This document shows positions 9,668 to 20,516 of a DNA stretch of 64,000 nucleotides, in pieces. Under the pieces are notes generated by a model. It was not told where the DNA came from and ran no database searches. It saw nothing but the letters and a program-made list of their open reading frames with translations. Position numbers and translations under genes: made by a program. The stretch is from an uncultured bacterium (GTDB lineage: Bacteria > Verrucomicrobiota > Verrucomicrobiia > Limisphaerales > UBA8199). Position 1 is the first letter of the stretch. Each line of letters starts with the position of its first letter. The stretch is taken from contig CAVVMW010000001.1 of NCBI GenBank assembly GCA_963749495.1, positions 544,001-608,000 on the forward strand, given 5' to 3'.

Positions 9668-10284
9668 CCGGCGACCAAGGCCTGCCGCGCCCCGGCGAGC
9701 ATCCGGCAGATCGCCGGCATGTCCTGGTGATAGACGTGGCTGGAGGCGATGAAACCCGAGACCGTCCCTGCGTGCAGCCCCAGCCCGCCGGCGACCTTCT
9801 GCGCCATCAACCCCAGGCACAGGCCGTCGGCATAGAACTTCCCAAAGGCGTCCTGGCTGCGGGCAAAGTAATACGTGCGCACCTGGGCGTTGCGAACCAG
9901 GAACTGCACCGTGTTGATGCACGGCACCTTGCCGTCAGGCGCGCCGCAAAGACAAATGGCGGCGCGTTTGGTCCAGGGCTCCTCCCGGAGCAGCGACACC
10001 ACGTCTGCCAGGTCGGCGCGCCCGCCGGGGCCGTGGATCAGCCCGGCATAATTGTGGCCCAACGCATTTGGACCGGGCAGGAAGAAGACCTTCTTCATCT
10101 CGGTGACCATCTGCGCGTCGCCGAATTGCTCCAGCAGCGGGTCGTCCCCGGCCGCCGCCGGAAAGCCCACCGTGACGCCGGTCAATTCCAGGCCCTCGTC
10201 CGCCATCGCGCGGCCCGATTCCACGGTGCGGTGGACCAGGTTGACCCACGTCTGGCCGAGGCTGGGGAACTCAAGCTCATTCAT
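9658..10284 (-). CDS. Thymidylate synthase / (d)CMP hydroxymethylase family protein
   Basis: NY..I, TKRA, catalytic PC, QFLVR, RSQD-x7-D and SSHVY motifs. Confidence 0.85.
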   Translation of the reverse strand: MNELEFPSLGQTWVNLVHRTVESGRAMADEGLELTGVTVGFPAAAGDDPLLEQFGDAQMVTEMKKVFFLPGPNALGHNYAGLIHGPGGRADLADVVSLLREEPWTKRAAICLCGAPDGKVPCINTVQFLVRNAQVRTYYFARSQDAFGKFYADGLCLGLMAQKVAGGLGLHAGTVSGFIASSHVYHQDMPAICRMLAGARQALVAGAK

Positions 10285-10354
10285 GCACGCTGCCGGAGGT
10301 CGTCCGCTGCACAGGCCGGCCTGGACCGTGCGGCGGCCCGAATCATCCAGGCGA

Positions 10355-10382
10355 ATCATGAACAAGCCGATGGGGATGTCAA
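10355..10382 (-). promoter_or_regulatory. Possible sigma70 promoter for the nucleotide-modification operon
   Basis: TTGACA-N16-CATGAT on the minus strand, ~70 bp upstream of the TS-like ATG. Confidence 0.35.
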
Positions 10383-10532
10383 CACGCCTGTTGGGCGAAT
10401 GACGAATGACGAATGACGAATGACGAATGACGAATGTGCGAGTTGGGCCGCGTGTCCCTGCCTCAAGAACCGCCTGGAGTGTCCCAGGCGCGGCGGGACA
10501 GGATTCCCGCCGATTAACTGGGCCGTACGCGC

Positions 10533-10853
10533 TCAGGAGGCCCGCTCGATTTCCAGCCATTGCAGCAAGGCGTCCTCGATCTGGCGGACCTGCGCCTCCG
10601 TCATCCGGCCCAGACGCCTTTGCGCGCGAGGCGTCGGCACGGTCGCGGGACTTTGCACCAGGAACGCTCCGGGCTTAAGGAAGGGCAGTGGGACATGGAT
10701 TTCAAATCGCGAGTCTCGCAGCGTGGTGGTGTGGGGGATGACCGTAATCAAGTCGCGGTCATTGGGGCCGGCAGGGCCGCTCAGCACAACAGCCGGCCGG
10801 ACCTTCTCGATCATCCCCAGGTCCACCAGCCAGACCTCACCGCGAGCCGGCAC
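10533..10853 (-). CDS. mazF: MazF/PemK family toxin
   Basis: RGEVWLVDLG, KVRPAVVLS and VIPHTT motifs. Confidence 0.85.
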   Translation of the reverse strand: MPARGEVWLVDLGMIEKVRPAVVLSGPAGPNDRDLITVIPHTTTLRDSRFEIHVPLPFLKPGAFLVQSPATVPTPRAQRRLGRMTEAQVRQIEDALLQWLEIERAS

Positions 10854-11055
10854 GCTCTTCCTCCTCGCCGAGCGCCGCGAAGGTGACGCGGGCGGTTTCG
10901 GCAATGTCCTCGTCCTTCAGTGGTTGACCGTAGAGTTCACCGGACGGCTTTGCGGCGAGCCTCCGCTCCAATTCCCGGCACAACGCCCGTTGTTCGTCCG
11001 GGGACAGTCCCTCAAACTGTTCCAAAATCGCCTCAGCCTTCGCGCTCATGCTCAT
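10837..11055 (-). CDS. Putative antitoxin for the MazF-like toxin
   Basis: Small acidic ORF overlapping the toxin start. Confidence 0.65.
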   Translation of the reverse strand: MSMSAKAEAILEQFEGLSPDEQRALCRELERRLAAKPSGELYGQPLKDEDIAETARVTFAALGEEEERAGSR

Positions 11056-11472
11056 AACAATACCCCCCGCCGGTCGCACCGACAAGACTTGATTCGCCCG
11101 CCGTCGGCGCTCGGGTGCCGGACAAAATAGTAACCATTAGACCTGTTCATTTCCGCGTGTTCCGCGTATTCCGCGGTTCATTCTTCTTTGGAGCTTTGCT
11201 AGCCTCGCCGGCCATGAAAAGCCAGGCAGAATCCTGAGGGCAACCGCGGAATGCGCGGAGTACGCGGAAAGAGGGCCTTTTCCCGCGTGTTCCGCGTATT
11301 CCGAGTATTCCGTGGTTTCCTCTTCGGTTGCGGCTGCGCTGCTCTGCGTTCCTTGCGTCTCTGCGGTTTGAGTGGGCATCCCCAGGACCGAAACCGTCCA
11401 CAGTCCGGAGCGCGTTGTGGCGGGTGGGTGCAGGTCTTGCCGTTCGCGGCCATGATGTGCTAGATTCCGGCC

Positions 11473-11676
11473 ATGAGCAGTATCGCTGAAATTGAAAATG
11501 CCATTGAAAAGCTGGCCGCCGCACAGGTGGATGAACTGGCTGGCTGGCTGGAAGCGTTTCGCGTGAGGCGAGCCCCGCCCTCGCCGGTTGAAAGCTGGTT
11601 GCAACGGGCCCGCGGCGCCGCTCTTCCCGGCGAGACGACAGCGAGGGTAATGGCCCTTACCCGGGGCGAGGAATGA
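11473..11676 (+). CDS. Putative antitoxin (VapB-like)
   Basis: 67 aa (MSSIAEIENAIEKL...VMALTRGEE); ATGA overlap with a vapC remnant. Confidence 0.65.
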   Translation: MSSIAEIENAIEKLAAAQVDELAGWLEAFRVRRAPPSPVESWLQRARGAALPGETTARVMALTRGEE

Positions 11677-11764
11677 GCGGATTGAGAAGCGGACCCTCAT
11701 CACGCGGGACGCCGCCCGCTATCGCACTTATTTTCCGAACGTTCTCCTCATCGCCCCGACTTGA
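11673..11764 (+). pseudogene. Internally deleted PIN/VapC toxin (start codon plus C-terminal ~24 codons)
   Basis: RTLITRDAARYRTYFPNVLLIAPT* resembles the VapC C-terminus at 61856-62275 (IVTNDTDRFRKYFPSVKLITP). Confidence 0.65.
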
Positions 11765-12084
11765 TGCGGCATCAGACGTTTGCCAGTAGAGCTTTCCATG
11801 AGCCGCCGTGGAACCCGCAGGGTTTTGGACTGCGCCAGTCCTCTGGCGCTTTCGCATTCACAGGGGTCCGAAAAGCGGCAGAGGACTGCCGCAGTCCAAA
11901 ACGCTTCGCGATGTGGGCTGCGGCACGATCGCGGGACTTTGTGCCAGGAACGCTCCGGGCTTATACACGACGCCATAATTTGTTGCGCATCCGATGCACC
12001 CTGGTTGTGAACAGCAGGAAACGGAGGAAACGGAGAATCCCGGCGCGGTGCCGGGATTGCCTCAGTTTCCTCCTGTTTGAAGCC

Positions 12085-12418
12085 ATGCGCCATCAATTAC
12101 GGCGCGATCCAAAGGTCTGCCATGGGCAACCAACGTTTCGGGGCACGCGAATTCTGGTCGCCGATGTGCTCGAACAGGTCGCCAGCGGCATGGCCTGGGA
12201 GAGCATCATCGAGGAATGGCGAGGCGGCGTCAGCGCCGGAGCCATTGCCGAGGCGGTGCGGACAGCCGGAGAAACCTTTCTTCCGGCGCCTCCTGCGCCA
12301 CAGCGGCTTCGCTGCCCAGTCCAACCGAATGGGGGCAGTCCTCCGCCTCACCCACACCGGCCTGGCCGTCTGGCGGCTCCAGGCGGAGCGTGAGCGTCGC
12401 CTTGCGCGGCCGGGCTGA
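12085..12418 (+). pseudogene. DUF433 antitoxin joined by deletion to the C-terminal remnant of its partner gene
   Basis: DPKVCHGQPTFRGTRILVADVLE (DUF433), then in another frame RRLLRH...RMGAVLRLTHTGLAVWRL*. Confidence 0.6.
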
Positions 12419-12656
12419 ACCCCGTGCCATGCCGCCACGGCCTGCCGGAGTTAATCACTCCAGGGCCTTCGGCAGTTGGAGGACCCCAACGACCTCCGCA
12501 GCATCCGCCTCCGCGATGCCCTCCCCAACTACTTCGGCCGGCGAAACCAGGATTCCATTGGCTTGTGACCAAGCGGCCGGTCCTTCTTCATCACGTGTGA
12601 TTGCACCGATGCGGATTTGCGCTTGATTTGTCCCACCGCAGCTATAACATTTCTAT

Positions 12657-12938
12657 ATGAAGACGTGCACGTACCCCGTCGTTCTCAAAGGCGAATTGCT
12701 CGAGGAACTGCGCCAAACCGCCAAAGCGACCGGGCTTTCAGTTGCGGATTGCATCCGCCAGGGCGCTAAACTGGGGCTGCCACAGTTGCGCGAACAGCTT
12801 GCGGCCGCCCAAGCCAGGGTTACCAACGTGAATCCGCTTCCGGCCAAGGTGGCCAGGGCGCTCTACGCTCAACCGGATGATGACGCCGAGGCGATCCAGC
12901 TCTTCATGGCGGCCCAGTCCAAAACCGTTGAGGAATGA
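12657..12938 (+). CDS. Ribbon-helix-helix-type antitoxin
   Basis: YPVVL..ELLEELRQTAKATGLSVADCIR pattern; ATGA overlap with the toxin. Confidence 0.7.
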   Translation: MKTCTYPVVLKGELLEELRQTAKATGLSVADCIRQGAKLGLPQLREQLAAAQARVTNVNPLPAKVARALYAQPDDDAEAIQLFMAAQSKTVEE

Positions 12939-13261
12939 GAGCCTGGGACATTTATACCGGCAACCTCTTCGGCCCTCACCCGTGCGTACTAGTCTCTTGC
13001 CAGGCCAGGATTGACCGGAAGCCCCAGGTGGTGGTGCTAAAATGTACCTCCATGACGCCCGGGCAGGAACGGCTGCCCAAAGAGAACGAGGCCGTCCTGG
13101 ACCAGGAGGATGGGCTAAACTGGAAAACCCTTTGCCGGTGCGACCTGCTCTTTACCGTGGACAAGTCCAGTCTCACAAACAAGCGGGGTGCCGTTACCTT
13201 CGAACGGAGGCGGGACATCGCCCGGAAGATCCTCCGCGGACTCGCAATAGCCGGGCTGTAA
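12935..13261 (+). CDS. PemK/MazF-like toxin
   Basis: WDIY, HPCVLVS, CTS, CDLLFTVDKS..KRGAV pattern. Confidence 0.75.
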   Translation: MRAWDIYTGNLFGPHPCVLVSCQARIDRKPQVVVLKCTSMTPGQERLPKENEAVLDQEDGLNWKTLCRCDLLFTVDKSSLTNKRGAVTFERRRDIARKILRGLAIAGL

Positions 13262-13539
13262 CCCCGGGCAACTCCTCAGATGCCGTAAATCCCTTGGGAT
13301 TTCGGATGACTTCTTGCTTGTATCTGGAGCAGATATGCTCATGATGCGAGAAGCCGAAGCCGATTTTTCTCACATCCCTGTAAAGTGCGCGGCTTCGATG
13401 AATCAGAAACATGGGGCTGAGGCAACACAACCCTCTGTTGATGAATCGAAGCCCGGAAAGGCAGTTCCGGCTTCCCTTGGGGGATGGGTTTGCCCGTGAA
13501 CGCGCGGACTCCGCGGCGCAAGTGCGGTTGGCGCAGCCC

Positions 13540-13730
13540 GGGTGTTCGTTGCTCGACTTGGGCGCCTTGCTGGCGGATTTGGAGGACCTGCTGCGCTGCC
13601 GCGTGGATCTCGTGACCGACGATGGCCTTAAGCCGCGCCTGCGTGAACGGGTGCTCCGGGAAGCCATTCCGCTATGAGGGACTTCCGAGATCGGCTGCAC
13701 GACATCCTTGACGCCATTGCCCGGATTGAT
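13540..13730 (+). pseudogene. MNT-HEPN (nucleotidyltransferase/DUF86) TA remnant
   Basis: SLLDLGALLADLEDLLRCRVDLVT..LKPRLRERVLREAIPL*, followed via ATGA by MRDFRDRLHDILDAIARID. Confidence 0.7.
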
Positions 13731-14275
13731 ATCGGGGTCTGTCGCATTCTCAGCCAATTCCCGGCTGGTCAACCGCCCTTTTCAGCACCGCTCAGTTCCT
13801 CAGGCCATTACCGGCCGATAAAACTGGCCGCTTGAACTCGCCGGCACCCGAGCCAGGCGACGCTCGGACGCCCGCACGGTCCCAGCGCCGGCCCTGCACG
13901 AAAAATCCTTGCAACCTCGGCCTTCCTTTTCCTCTTTACTTAAATGGAGGCCCGTAGCCTCCACACGAAATCGCTGCCCGTTCCAAAATGCGAACGGCTG
14001 AGAATCCTGAGAGAACTGTTGGAAAACCGCTTGACAGCAGGGCACATCCATGCGCGAATGGCAACGCTGCGCAAAGAATTCAAATGGGCACGTCTTATTT
14101 CAATCGGGACAGCGGGACTCCGGGCCCTCGGTGGCGACCGGGGCGTGGAGATCACCGCGTCAAATCCAAATAAACTGGCCCGACACGGATGACAGATTTC
14201 ACGCTTGGACATTCGACCCGTGAGGCGCCGAACGAAAACGTTCAGGAAACTAAACCATCAACTGATAGGGGACCC

Positions 14276-17200
14276 ATGAAAATGATCGCCAGAATGACTG
14301 CTCTCCCGATTTTCTGCTTGGCCCTCGCCAGCTCATCGTGTCTGCATGCCGCCATCACCACTGACCAAGCGCTGGTCTGGATCCGCAACACGTGGAACGT
14401 CGCCGATCTTTCCGACCAGGCATTGACCCAGACGCTCGGTTTGTCTGACTCGGGAAATTCCTCAACAGCCTCCTACATGGGCTGGATCGACTTTTTCGTG
14501 AATGCGCCCTCTTATCTGGACCCGCTAGCCAGAGGAGATTATTCCCAGGCGGCCCAAAACGCCATGAGCTACGCGGAGGACGCGGCTTTCAACCAACTGA
14601 CTTCCGCAGCGGGACTGGATGCGGTAGTCGCCCCGGCAGAGTTGGCAGTCTTGCCGCTTCAACTCGGCCTGGACGCCTTTTCCGCTTTGCTCAACGAGGA
14701 CGCGTTCTGGTACGAGCGGAATCTATATTTTCAGGCCCGCAGTGCCGGCAACTCTGCGGATGCTATTCTCAACCTCGGCGATGGAGACCTTCTCAACAAC
14801 GTCAACATCACAAAGTTCAACGGCTGGCTCTGGTCGGAAAATGGAGTGCAGTTCAACGGAGTGCCAGGCATGACTTGGGCGCAATTTTACGCTTACGCAG
14901 ACAATCTCTACTTGGCCAACCAGACCTATCCCTCTGGCTTCAACGCCGCGATACAGCAGATCGGGGCGGACTTTCGAAACGATGCCCAATCCACTCCGCC
15001 CACTCCGCCGACAATTGTTTTGGGCCCCGCCAGCATTACAGTTTCGGTCGGAACCTCGGCTGGCTTTACCGTGGTCGCTAACGGCACCTGGCCGCTGCAC
15101 TACCAGTGGCAGCTAAACGGCGTTGATATACCCGGTGCCAATGGGTTCGTTTGCACCACCCCGCCGGTCCAAGCTTCTAACAACGGCGACCAATACACCG
15201 TGCGCGTAAGCAACGCACAGGGCGCCCGGACAAGCGATGCGGCCACCCTCACGGTGAGCGGGACGACCCCGACTGGCGTTTCCATCAGCAGCCTCAGCCC
15301 GAACCAGCTCCAGCCGCTCCCTTCGCCTCAGACACAAACGCTCCATATTTACGGTTCCGGTTTCACCAGCAGTTCCACGCTGGTTTTCACGCACGGCACG
15401 TCGGTCTTCAACTCGGTTGCGGCGCGCTTGACCTTTGTGAGCGCCAACGAACTGGATTACGACATCATCGTGGACGGCGCGCAGGGCGACTGGACCGCTA
15501 AGGTCGTTAAGGGCTCGCAGGAGTCGAACCCCTGGCATTTTACCGTCGCTGCGCCGCCGCCGCCGTCCAGCGGCTCGCTCACGGTGAGCCTCCAGCCAGC
15601 GGGCGCGATCTCGGCAGGCGCGCAGTGGCAGGTGGACAGCGGCATTTACCGCAACAACGGGGACACCGTCACCGGCCTCGCGCCAGGTGTGCACACGGTT
15701 TCCTGCAAAGCCGTCGCCGGCTACACCACGCCTGGCAACCGATCCGTCACCATCAATGGCGGCACCGTCACCAGCGACACCGAGACATACAGCGTCGTCG
15801 CGCCGACCACCTACACCCTCACGCTCAATCAGGCCGGCAGCATAGGTTCCATTTCGCCCTCGCCGTCCGGCACGTGGAATGGCAGCGCGTATGTTTACAG
15901 CGCCGGTTCCGTCGTCCAGCTCACCGCGAGTGCCAATTACGGCTACCACTTCATTGGATGGGGCGGGGACCTCAGCGGGACGGCATCGCCAACCCCCATC
16001 ACGATGGACGGGAACAAAGCCGTCACTGCCAACTTCGCGTCCGGTGATCCGCGGCTAGGCACGGTCATTGTCACCATTCAACCTCCGACAGCGGCTGCGG
16101 CGGGCGTCACTTGGGGGTTCAATGCCAATGACTTTCGCGCTAGCGGTTCCAGCTACACAACCTTTCCCCAGACCTACATCCTGACGATCCACCCGGTGGA
16201 TGGCTGGTTCGGTCCATCCAGTGTGGTGTTCGGCACGGTGACGGCGGGGCAGACCACCAACATCACCGTCACGCTCACGCCGGACACTACACCGGGCTTT
16301 CTGACTGTTACGCTATCGCCTCCGGGGGCGGTGACGGCAGGCGCGAAATGGCACGTCAATGGTGGCGCGCCTCAAGGCAACGGCGCCTCTGTTTCTCTGC
16401 CGCCTGGCGCGAACTATAGCGTCACGTTCGATTCCGTTCCCGGTTGGATCGCTCCGGCGACGGAAACCGCTCAAGTCAGTCTCGCTCAAACGACGGTGGT
16501 CGCCGGCAACTACACGCCGCTTCCCGGACAACCGAGCATCGTGAGTGTGCGGCCAAGTGTGGGGACATTGGCGGGCGGTACGCCCATGACAATCCAAGGG
16601 TTCAACTTCACCCCGCCCGCCACGGTGCTGGTGGGCGGCCAGCGGGCATCGAACGTCACCGTACTGAGCGCGTCGCAAATTACCTGCATGACGCCGTCCA
16701 ATTCGGTCTATGGCACCGCAGCCGTCGTCGTCCAAACCGCTAGCGGAAACACAACTAATTTGAACGGTTTCGCCTATGGCGTGCCGCGTGGAACTGGGAT
16801 TGAACTGGCCGGAAGCATCGGCGGTTGGGTCAACGCGCTGGCTGCGCAAGGCAGCTACTGTTACTTCGGCGAAGGAAGCACGTTCGTCGCCTTGGACGTC
16901 TCGAATCCCGCCACGCCTACGCCTATTGGTCGTCTCGCAATGCCGGGACTGATCCAAGACATTGCGCTGTTCGCAGCCTCTGGGCACCTATACGCTGCCG
17001 TGGCGGACGATGACGCTGGGGTGCAAATCGTCGACGTCACAACCCCGAGCGCACCCGCGTTGCGCAGCTATTACAACACCGGCGATGACGCGTTCGGTGT
17101 CTGCGTGTTGGGAGGCTATGCTTACGTCGGCAACGGAAATAGCGGCCTCCTTGTCTTGGATATCTCCGACGCCACCAAGGTGCAGCTTGTCGGCGCAGTC

Positions 17201-19892
17201 TCGACTGGAGGGTTCGCCAGCAAAATGGTGCTTGCAGCATCAGGCAACGGCCTCCTCGCTTATCTCGCCAACGGTGGTGCGTTGCTCATAGTGGATGCCA
17301 GTGACCCTCGCAACCCCACTCTGCGGGGTCACACTGGGCAACTGGCTGATGCGTCTGTTCCGAACTCCGTCGCTGTGTCGGGCAACCGTGCATTTCTCGC
17401 AGATGGTATCACCCCGCTCCAGGCTGTCGACACGAGCAATCCGGACAGTCCTCAGGCGCTGGGGGCAGCATCACCGTATAACGATAGCCCAGACGCTGTA
17501 GCGACTGCGGGAGGGCGAGTTTTCACGTTCGGCAGCCTGGGCCTCACGGTTTACGATATCGTCGCAGGCTCACTCCTTCACCCCCGCGGGAACATCCATA
17601 GCAGCCAGACATCCTTTGGCAACACGATGACTGTCCTTGGAACCTCCGCCTTCTGTGCAGGCGGCGAAAACGGCGTTTACATCTACTCCGTTGGAGCGCC
17701 AGACAATCCGACGCTGAGCGGGAGTTCCGGTGCAACAGCGGGATCTTACAACTCAGTTGCAGTTAACGGCAACTACGCCTATCTCGCGACACAGAACAGC
17801 GGTTTGAAGGTGTTTGGTGTAAGTGATCCGGCCAACCCCACCTTGCTGTCCCAGCTAGCCTCAGGAGGCGGAACCAAAGTCATCTACCGCTCGAACCGAG
17901 CGTACGTGGGTGGAAGCCGAATTAAGATACTCGATGTGACGAAAGCCGATCAGGCGCCCATAGTGTTGGGCGCCAGCTCCCAGCCAATTCTATGCGTTTG
18001 ATTTCTACTTGGTCGGCAATTCCATCATGGCGGCAGGCTTCGACACAACCTTCACGCCGTACAAGCCCGCCATCGCTGTTTTAGATGCCAGCAACCCAGC
18101 CTCCATCACCATTCAACCTCCGCTGTATTTCTCAACGCAAAACGGAGGTGCTGGGCCAGTCGCCGGAAACGACACAACTGCTTGTGCCGCCGTGCCACTC
18201 TCGACGGGCAACGGCAGCTCCCTCGCGGTGGTAAACATCAGCGATCCCAACAACCTGCGGCAGACGGGTCAGTTGCCTGACATTGGCGTCGTCCGCACGA
18301 TGCGCTTGGCACCCAACAATCGCTATCTGCACGTCGGGTGCCAGCAGACCGACCTTAGTTGGAAGATATTTGACCTGGCCGACACCAGTTCGCCGCTGCT
18401 GGTCAGTTCGAATTATCTTGGCGTAGCCGTTTTCGGGTTCGACTTTTCTGGCACTACGGCCTACCTCGCTGCCGGGAAGAGCATTTTGGTCTACGATGTG
18501 ACCGATCCTGCCCATCCTCTCCTGCTTCGTTCATACAGCACGCCACGGGTTGCGTTTGACGTCAGAGTATCGGGAGACGCCCTCTATGTCGCAGACGAGC
18601 GAGGCGGGTTCGTTCTGTTGGAGCTCACGGACATTGACCCGCCCGAAGTCTTGATTACGACGCCCACCTTCTCCGCGGCCTATACGAACATGACCGGGAC
18701 TCTGAACCTCGGTGGCGCCGCAGATGACAACCTCGGGCTTGTGCCGGGCACGGTCACTCACGTTTCTTGGTCCAATAGCCAGGGCGGAGGCGGCGATGCC
18801 TCCGGGACGACAAGTTGGTTGGTCAACAGCATTACCTTACAGCCCGGCACGAACATTCTCACCGTCACTGCCTTCGACGTTGCGGGCAACAGCGGCAGCG
18901 ACACGTTAACGGTGATTTACCAATCGCCCAAACAGAACCAGGGCATCGCCTTCCCCGCGGTCGCGAACTGCACCTTTGGCGCCCCACCGGTCCCGCTGGT
19001 GGCGGCGGCCAGTTCCGGCCTGCCCGTCAGTTTCAATGTCCTCGCCGGCCCGGCGAGCTTGTCGAACAACGTGCTGCGTCTGCTTGGCGCAGGGGCCGTG
19101 ACGGTGGAAGCCAGCCAACCGGGAAACGACTCGTTCAACCCGGCTCTGCCGGTGGATGTGAGCTTCAATGTGGCCAAGGCGGACCAGGCAATTGCCTTTG
19201 CCTCCGTCCCGGATAAGTCGGCGGGCGATCCGACGTTCGCCCTGAGCGCCACGGCTAGTTCGGGTCTGCCGGTGTATTTCGACATTGTCTCCGGCCCCGC
19301 GCTGCTTAACACCAACAACGTCGTCGGTCTACTCGGCGGTGGCACGGTGACGGTGAGCGCCTGGCAACCTGGCAACTCGAATTACAATGCCGCTGCGACG
19401 GCTCAACGCAGTTTCAACGTCGCCAGGATTCCTCAAACGATCACCTTCGGTCCGTTGAGCCGGCAGACGGTTGGCGACGCCCCCTTCCCCCTGGCGGCGA
19501 CAGCCAACTCCGGTCTGCCCGTGGGCTTCTCCATCGTTTCCGGTCCGGCGGTGCTGAGCGGAGACGTCCTGACGTTGACCGGAACGGGTTTGGTCACGCT
19601 GCGCGCCTCTCAGTCCGGCAACGGGATGTATGCGGCGGGGGATGTGGACCAGTCCTTCATGGTTGTGAGCGGCGTCAACAGGATCACCGATTGGGGACAG
19701 GGCGCGGACGGTAGGTTCCACTTCACTTTTGCAGGCGAATTCGGCCGGCAGTATGTGATCGAGCTTTCGAGCAACCTGGCCAACTGGACAGCGCTGGCCA
19801 CCAACACGGTGGACAGTCTTGGGAATATCCAATTCACCGACACCACGGTGGCCCGTTCTGGAGCCCGCTTTTATCGCGTCGTCGCACCATAG
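14276..19892 (+). CDS. Large secreted multidomain protein: signal peptide, unknown N-terminal domain, Ig, InlB-B-like repeat, IPT/TIG, LVIVD repeats, Ig repeats, C-terminal RFYR domain (frameshift near 17990)
   Basis: ORFs 14189..18001 and 18009..19892 continue the same LVIVD repeat pattern; YQWQLNG Ig motif, GYHFIGWGGD, GGTPMTIQGFNF. Confidence 0.8.
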
Positions 19893-19960
19893 GGATCAGC
19901 CAGGCGGTCAAATCATTGCCGGCCGACAACTACACTGGGGCGCGGACTCCGCGATTTCAT

Positions 19961-20408
19961 CAGTCCGGAGCGCGTTGTGGCGGGTGGGTGCAGGTCTTGC
20001 CGTTCGCGGCCATGATGTGCTAGATTCCGGCCATGAGCAGTATCGCTGAAATTGAAAATGCCATTGAAAAGCTGGCCGCCGCACAGGTGGATGAACTGGC
20101 TGGCTGGAAGCGTTTCGCGTGAGGCGAGCCCCGCCCCCGCCGGTTGAAAGCTGGTTGCAACGGGCCCGCGGCGCCGCTCTTCCCGGCGAGACGACAGCGA
20201 GGGTAATGGCCCTTACCCGGGGCGAGGAATGAGCGGATTGAGAAGCGGACCCTCATCACGCGGGACGCCGCCCGCTATCGCACTTATTTTCCGAACGTTC
20301 TCCTCATCGCCCCGACTTGATGCGGCATCAGACGTTTGCCAGTAGAGCTTTCCATGAGCCGCCGTGGAACCCGCAGGGTTTTGGACTGCGCCAGTCCTCT
20401 GGCGCTTT
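19961..20408 (+). repeat. ~450-bp direct repeat, copy 2 (frameshifted antitoxin and vapC remnant)
   Basis: Matches 11401-11852. Confidence 0.95.
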
Positions 20409-20516
20409 TCAGGCTCTGGGGCCAGGCCCTGGACGGCCCCAGCCCCCGCACCCCCTGATGCTCGGAGCTCGGGGCTTCCGCCACGTCCCCAGCGCTTCGC
20501 AATGTGGGCCGCGCCG

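Larger units (their letters stand above)
11401..11852 (+). repeat. ~450-bp direct repeat, copy 1 (copy 2 at 19961-20408)
   Basis: Near-identical sequence; copy 2 lacks one GGCT unit. Confidence 0.95.

Noticed and set aside
13944..14192. Small ORFs upstream of the surface protein
   Set aside because: No recognisable motif; possibly another decayed antitoxin, but this cannot be supported.
10533..20408. Integron cassette array or prophage
   Set aside because: There is no integrase, no convincing attC series and no phage structural genes, and the genes lie on both strands.
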